Notes under the pieces: model-generated
Databases searched by the model: none
What the model was told of the DNA's origin: nothing
The model's input: only the letters and a program-made list of their open reading frames with translations
Made by a program: the position numbers and the translations under genes
Shown here: positions 57,016 to 64,000 of the stretch, one piece after another
Layout of the letters: the number at the start of each line of letters is the position of its first letter
Position numbering within the stretch: position 1 is the first letter of the stretch
Origin: Eledone cirrhosa
Lineage: Eukaryota
NCBI GenBank assembly: GCA_964016885.1
Contig: OZ024745.1
Coordinates: 36,022,001-36,086,000 of the forward strand
DNA length: 64,000 bases
Direction: 5' to 3'

Positions 57016-59544
57016 ATGGCAGATAGTAAACGACCATCTGGTGCTCAGTATCGCAAACGCAAACTTGAAAAAGAAAGGGAACTTGCAAAGCAAAAAGGAT
57101 CATTTCTAAAATACCTTTGCAAGGTGAGAGAGACTGAAGGTGATGATTATGATGAAAATAACTCTATTTCTGTTTCTATTGATGAATTCTATGATGTAAG
57201 TATCATACAGCCAGGAAATGAAAATATCTTTGATGAAAGACATGAACATTCAGAAACAGAGTATAAGGATGATGGATCAATCGAAAATGAAGTTTTAAAT
57301 CCAAGTTACAGTGATATCCCACCTGGCCAAAAAAGTTTAATGATAATGTTAGAAGGCTACTAGTTCAACATGGACCGGAACAAGTTAAAAATATAAAGTT
57401 TCCTAAATATAAGAATCGGAGAAAATTTTCAAACATTCATTATACTAGAAAGTTAATTAATGGTGAAGAAATTAATCGTAATTGGTTACAATATTCAGTA
57501 TTACAAGACTGTGTGTTCTGCTTTTGCTGTAAATTGTTTAGTAAAAAAAATAGCTAGTCTATCAACTCTTGCAGTACATGGATTTGCAGATTGGAAAAAT
57601 ATGTCAGCTATACTATCATCTCATGAAAAATCAACTGAACATTTTGAAAACTTTAATAACTGGAAAGAATTGGATTTGCGATTAAACAGAAATGCAACAA
57701 TTGATGAGGAAAATGCTCGTCTAATAAAACAAGAAGAACAATATTGGAGACATATTTTAGAACGTTTATTAACTTTAGTTCGGACTCTTGGTGGACAAAA
57801 ATTTAGCCTTCAGAGAATCTGTTGATAAACTGTTTACTGCTGGAAATGGAAACTTTGTTAAGTTGTTGAATATCTTGCTCTGTTTGATCCAATAATGAAA
57901 GAACACTTGAGAAGAATTAGAGATAATGAAACCCATATACATTACCTTGGTAAAGAAATGCAAAATGAACTGATACAGCTAGTGTCAAATGCTATTATAC
58001 ATGACATAGTAAAGTCCTGTCAATCAGCTAAATATTGTTCAATTATACTGGACTGTACTCCCGATGTAAGTCACATAGAACAAATTACATTGGTAATAAG
58101 ATTCATTGATATGCGAATGGATGAAGTCAAGATTCGTGAACATCTTTTGACATTTATTAAACTGAAGTAAACTACTGGTGCATTTATGTCTGAATGTCTT
58201 CTACAAAAATTGGAAGAACTCGGGTTATCTATGGTAAATATACGTGGACAAGGCTCTGATAACGGGAGCAACATGAAAGACAAACATAGTGGAGTTCAAA
58301 AAATAATTCTAGACCTTAATCATGGTGCCTTCTTTGTTCCTTGCAGTAGCCATTCACTAAATTTAGTTGTGAATGATGCAGCAAAATGTTGTCTAGAGGC
58401 CACTAGTTTCTTTGATATATTGCAACGTATGTATGTGTTTTTTTCAAACGTAACCTATCGTTGGGAAGTGTTGATGAAACATGTGCCAACTCTAACAGTA
58501 AAACGTTTGAGTGATACATGATGGGAGAGTCGTATTGACGCATTGAAGCCTCTGCGTTACCAGATTGGCCATGTGTATGATGCACGAACTGAACTAGCTG
58601 ATGATACTAATCTCAATGGATCATCTAGTGATACAACACGATGTGATGCTGAAGCCCTTTCAAATGTTATATCAAATTATAAATGTATTGCTTGCCTTGT
58701 TTGGTACAATAGTTTATTTGAAATTAATATAACAAGTAAATTACTGCAAGAAAAAGACTTTAATATTCAGGCTGCACTTCAGCAGTTAAAACAAACAAAA
58801 TCATTTCTTGAAAATAGCAGAACAGATGAAGCATTTCAAAGAAATTTGGTTGATGCTTCAGAGATAGCAAGAGAACTTGAAGTTCCATCGGAATTCGAAA
58901 ATGAAAAACAAATAATTAGAAGAAAAAAAAGACAGTTTCAATATGAAAGAATATATGAACCAATTCAGGAGCCGAAGGAAAAATTCAAAATAGAGTTTTA
59001 TTTTACTCTATTGGACAAAACAATTCAATCTATTAAAGAAAGATTTGAGCAGATGAATTTAATCAGTGAACTTTTTGGATTCCTTTATGATTTGAAGGCA
59101 CTGCAAAATAAGACAACAGAAAACATAATGAGTTATTGCTTGAAGCTTGAGTCTGCATTGAAATCGGGTGAATCAAAAGATATAGATGCAATAGATCTAT
59201 GTAATGAACTCCAAGCCATTGCACGTCGTACACCAAAGAGTGTGAATCCACAAGCTTTGCTTCAGTATATTTGTGAGCAAAAACTTGTTGATAGTGTGCC
59301 TAATACAGTGGTTGTCTTGAGAATACTGTTGACATTATAAGTAACAGTGGCCAGTGGTGAGCGCAGCTTCTCTAAGCTTAAGCTGATTAAGACGTATTTA
59401 TGATCCTCTACGGTACAAACCAGACTTACAGGACTGGCATTAATACGAATAGAAAATGAAATAGCTCATCAACTCAACATGGAGGATATTATATCTCAGT
59501 TTTCGAAATTAAAAGCACGCAAAGTTCACATTAAATTCAATTAG
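57016..59544 (+). pseudogene. hAT transposase (ZMYM1-like type) with multiple stops and frameshifts
   Basis: WLQYS..FCFCCKLF, ILDCTPDVSH, RGQGSDNGSNM, PCSSHSLNL, VASGERSFSKLKLIK (dimerisation domain). Confidence 0.92.
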
Positions 59545-59890
59545 TTTTGTCTTTATATTTAGTTTTAAAAATAAATTTCGTTTTAATTACCAGGTTTATA
59601 AATTTGTTATTTAAACTTAATATTTGTGTCTATGCCTATAGTGAAATAATAGCTTGCGCCGACCCTGGTCATTGGTCAGGTCATTGATGAAGTGAAGCAA
59701 GCTTTGCCTGCCTGTTGGCTTGTTATTGTTAATCGATTTTATTCTCCTACCCTCATCTGCCTGTCTGCTTGTCGCTTGCTTTCATATAATATAAACACGG
59801 CCGCTGGCTATCGACGTGATTTTTAGTCTTGAGTTTTTGTCTTGATAATAAGGTATGTAGGCCGAAATACTAACTTCATAGTGCGTAAAG

Positions 59891-62060
59891 GTGAATAGGT
59901 ATTCCAATTCAGAATATGAAAGAACAAAAAGGAGGCGGGAGAAGAAAATAAAAGCTTTCGTAAGCGCGGCTGCAACTTCAGCAAAAATTTCTAAGTTTTT
60001 TTCGAGTGAAGCACAAACCGGAGCTGCAGGTTCAGAAAGTGATAGCCAATCTGTAGCTGGAATTACAACGAGTGATACTAATACCCGACCTGGAGCTGTC
60101 AGTGCTACCAAAACTGGTGAGCGATACCCAATTCGGAGCTCAAATTACTGACACTAATTAATACTCAAACTCAAGTTGGAATTACCGTGAATGATACTCA
60201 ATCCGCAGTTGAAAATACTGCTGCGAGTAAGGAAAGAGAACAGTCTCTTGATGAGTGTTCGGTTGCAACTCTGGATTATTTTGCGGTGCCAAAAACTGCC
60301 AGTGACACAAAACGGTTATTTGCTTACCATCCAGTTCAGCCAAGAAAAATTTTAAAGACAAAAGCTAATGCCTTTGTGCGATAAAATGGCACTGTTCGTA
60401 GTTGGTTGACGTATTCGCAAAGAGAGGAAGCTCTTTTCTGCACTGTGTGCTTAGCTTATTTCAAGGATACTGAACACAGTTCCTTCATAAATGGAATGAA
60501 AGACTGGAGACATGTTCATCAGAGAATTGAGGAATATGAAAAATGCAGGTACCACAATGACTGTGCAGAAACCCATTTTATCACTGTCAATGAGAAGGAT
60601 GTCGGGGTTCAATTATTTGCTAAAGAGAGAAGCCTGTTCAAAGAAACAATTCAGAACAACAGGGAAGAAATGCAACGTGTAGTTGACATTGCTAAAGTAA
60701 TTGGAAAACGGGGTCTTAGCTACTGTGGATCATCTTCTGAATCTGAGTCAGCATATGGGTTAGATAATCCTATTCTTGATCACGGCACCTTCTTAGAACT
60801 TGTTTTGCTTCTCAGTAAGTATGACATCCTCCTAAAAGATCATCTGGAAAAGGTGATCAAACTGAGTAAGAAAGCACATGACGCAGGCAGTAAAAGTCGT
60901 GGTAGTTCTTTGACTCTGATTTCAAAGACAACAGTTAATCTTGTCATTATGGCCATTTCTTCCCTGATTAAAAGTGTTATTGTTGATGAAGTTCGACAAG
61001 CTGGCATGTTTTCGTTTCAACTACTGGATACGACCCAAGATGTTTCAGTGAAAGACCAATGCTCTATAATTCTTCGAAACGTCTTTGAAAATCAGATTTA
61101 TGAAAGATTAATCGCAGTTGTGAACACCTCGGATTCCACCGGAAAAGGGATGTGCGAACTGCTGAAAAAGACACTGGACGAGAATAATATTGGTATTGGG
61201 AATTGTGTCTCAAATTCAACTGATGGAGCGTCAAACATGCAAGGCATATATAATGGTTTTACAGCTTGGTTGACGAAAGAAGCTCCTGGACCGATTCATA
61301 CATGGTGCTAGAATATTCTGGCTTCGTCATCACTATTTTCTCTGATGAATCAAGTTGCCGTCTTTTTCCGAGAATCGTACAAATGCATGGATATTTGGGA
61401 GAACATCAGCAAAAATCACAGAAAGAAGCGTCTTCAGATGATCGGAGAAACAATGTGGTGGGCTAAACATGCTGCTATTTCCAAAGTATTTGGCTGTTTC
61501 ACAAACACAAACCCTGATAATAATCTTGACGTGGACGTAGTGCTAGCACTTTTGTCTATCGAAGAGAATGAGGAAGCCCAGCCAGATATACGACCAAAGG
61601 CCAGATCCCTCAACAATTCCCTATTGAAGTATGAAACTGTTATGACAGCTTTTACGTATCTTAGAATATTTGAATTGACCACACTGTTGTCAAAATATCT
61701 CCAGACTAGTGGCATGGATGTTCTTAAAGCGCATCGGTTTGTAATGAGCACGATAACTGAAGTGCAAAACATACAGAGAGATGTAGAAGGGGTTCACTGT
61801 GCTGTGTCAGAATTTATTGACTGGACTTCCAAAAAACTGGAAGAACGTTGTGAAGCTGATGGCATTGAAACTGTTTTGACGCCTCAAGACTCCTTTCCAG
61901 AAAAAAGAGAATGCAAGGAGAAAATGGAAAAGATGAACCTATAGCCGACGCAATGGAAGATTTTACTGTGATTGTACATAATAATATCACGGATCAATTA
62001 GTCCAAAGCTTGAAATCGAGATTTGAATAGAATGGTTCAATTTACAGAGATATGGCATGG
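59891..62060 (+). pseudogene. Second hAT transposase, disrupted and lacking the C-terminal dimerisation domain
   Basis: WLTYS..LFCTVC, LDTTQDVS, STDGASNMQG, HTWC, ETMWWAK. Confidence 0.88.
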
Positions 62061-62255
62061 GGGGGGGGGGGGTAGAGGTCACGGGGGGATTAAAGGATGG
62101 GAATTCTTAGAAAAAACAAAATTTATTTAGAGATAGAAGTTTAGTAGCAGGTTGCAATTGTAATAAACACTATCTTATTCTATAGCACAATTTTGAACAA
62201 AAGGTATATCAAATAGTTGATATAATCATCTGTGGAAATGGTAGGTTAGTACTAG

Positions 62256-62703
62256 GTCACAAGCACTCACGCCAACACACACGCGCCAACGCACACACAC
62301 GCACACACACACACACATGCAGACGCACATAAATACATATATACACATACATATACCTATATACAGACACACATACAGACATACATACACATACATATAT
62401 ATATACATCTATACATATATATATATATATACATACACACACATATATATACAAACATATACACACACACACGTACATATATATATATACATACACACAT
62501 ATATATATACATACACACACATATACACACATATATCCATACACACATTCTTACACAAATACATATATATATATGAGTCACAAGCACTCACGCCAACACA
62601 CACGCGCCCACGCGCACACACCCCCACACACACATGCAGACGCACATAAATACATATATACACATACATATACCTATATACAGACACACATACAGACATA
62701 CAT

Positions 62704-62720
<17 letters not shown>
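62256..62720. repeat. ~320-bp tandem duplication of a CA/TA-rich unit
   Basis: GTCACAAGCACTCACGCCAACACAC.. at 62256 and 62577. Confidence 0.85.
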
Positions 62721-63061
<341 letters not shown>

Positions 63062-63063
63062 CA

Positions 63064-63133
<70 letters not shown>

Positions 63134-63138
<5 letters not shown>

Positions 63139-63210
63139 ACGTAATGAATTCTCGATGGTTACATTGCGTAACTATCTTTATCCCATTACAGAAACTAATT
63201 AGTTGGAGTG
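63134..63210 (+). ncRNA. 5'-truncated hammerhead motif abutting (TA)n
   Basis: TGATGA-C-GTAATG..CATTAC-A-GAAA-CTAATTAG-TT. Confidence 0.55.
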
Positions 63211-63330
63211 AAAATTTTAGTAAGTAAGTTAATTTTTAATTTTTAAAATTTTCTTATTTTACGTCTTTCATATACATATATGTACATATATATATACACA
63301 TATATGTATATATATATACATATATATATA

Positions 63331-63410
<80 letters not shown>

Positions 63411-63417
63411 TACACAC

Positions 63418-63450
<33 letters not shown>

Positions 63451-63545
63451 TATATATACATACATATATATACATATACATGCACACACATACATACGCA
63501 CATATATATATACATACATACGTATACACACATACACACATACAC

Positions 63546-63586
<41 letters not shown>

Positions 63587-63785
63587 TACAGATATAAACA
63601 CATATAAAAATACGCAAAGGGGAAAATTTAAGGAAACGATCAAGATATGAAAAACCATCAAATAACATGAATTAAAATTAAGTAACATAAGATACAAGTA
63701 GAGAAAAGTAAAGTATAAATTCTAAGTTTGAAAGTTAACAAAACGAAGGTAGGGTTGGGATGGGAGGGAGCGCGGTGGAGTTTGT

Positions 63786-64000
63786 TTAATGTTGATTCCG
63801 TTGTCTTATGGGATCATCGGTCAGGGGGAAGAACTGGTCTCTATGACTTGTAAGTGCATAGTTTTTGTGCATGCAATTCAAGCAGTGTTCTGAGAGTCTA
63901 TTGAGTAAGGGTCCTTTGGCGAATAGTATTTCGTAACTCTCGGAAATACAAAGGTCACAACAATTATGGCCTCCTGTGTAAGACTGCGCTCTCTGGAGTA
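63786..64000 (-). pseudogene. C-terminus of a PLE GIY-YIG ORF (continues beyond the window)
   Basis: LQRAQSYTGGHNCCDLCISESYEIL..LLNRLSEHCLNCMHK, same motif class as 47558-47827. Confidence 0.7.

Larger units (their letters stand above)
55152..59667 (+). mobile_element. Inner hAT DNA transposon, complete, with 8-bp TSD
   Basis: TIRs CAGGGCCGGCGC / GCGCCGACCCTG; TSD GTCATTGG at 55144-55151 and 59668-59675. Confidence 0.93.
54970..62060 (+). mobile_element. Outer hAT DNA transposon, 3'-truncated, split by the inner hAT
   Basis: GC-rich 5' terminus CACTGGCTGATTGGCCTATCGGG; sequence resumes after the inner TSD and leads into a transposase. Confidence 0.65.

Noticed and set aside
57016-62060. Domesticated ZMYM1-like host genes
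   Set aside because: Multiple stops and frameshifts, plus TIRs and TSD on the inner element, indicate dead transposons.

Overview
Very AT-rich, repeat-dense animal genomic DNA. The SINE family and the abundance of (TA)n suggest an octopod cephalopod; this is an inference, not verified. No intact host protein-coding gene is supported, and most ORFs in the track are microsatellite artefacts. Main contents: (1) two full-length, head-to-tail R4/Dong-clade RLE retrotransposons (23545-33657, minus strand), each bounded by (TAA)n and each with a compact pseudoknotted structure just upstream of the ORF; (2) many Penelope-like element (PLE) remnants sitting in (TA)n tracts, typically as fold-back or inverted-pLTR structures, with about 12 distinct minimal hammerhead-ribozyme motifs, many showing recurrent non-canonical cores (U4C, U3-A8, non-Watson-Crick 10.1-11.1 pair); (3) a nested set of DNA transposons (outer hAT > inner hAT with 8-bp TSD > SINE and Merlin-like MITE); (4) a non-autonomous Helitron, many tRNA-derived SINEs, and a candidate non-coding exon/regulatory island near 45.6-45.95 kb. 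All alignments and RNA folds were done by eye.
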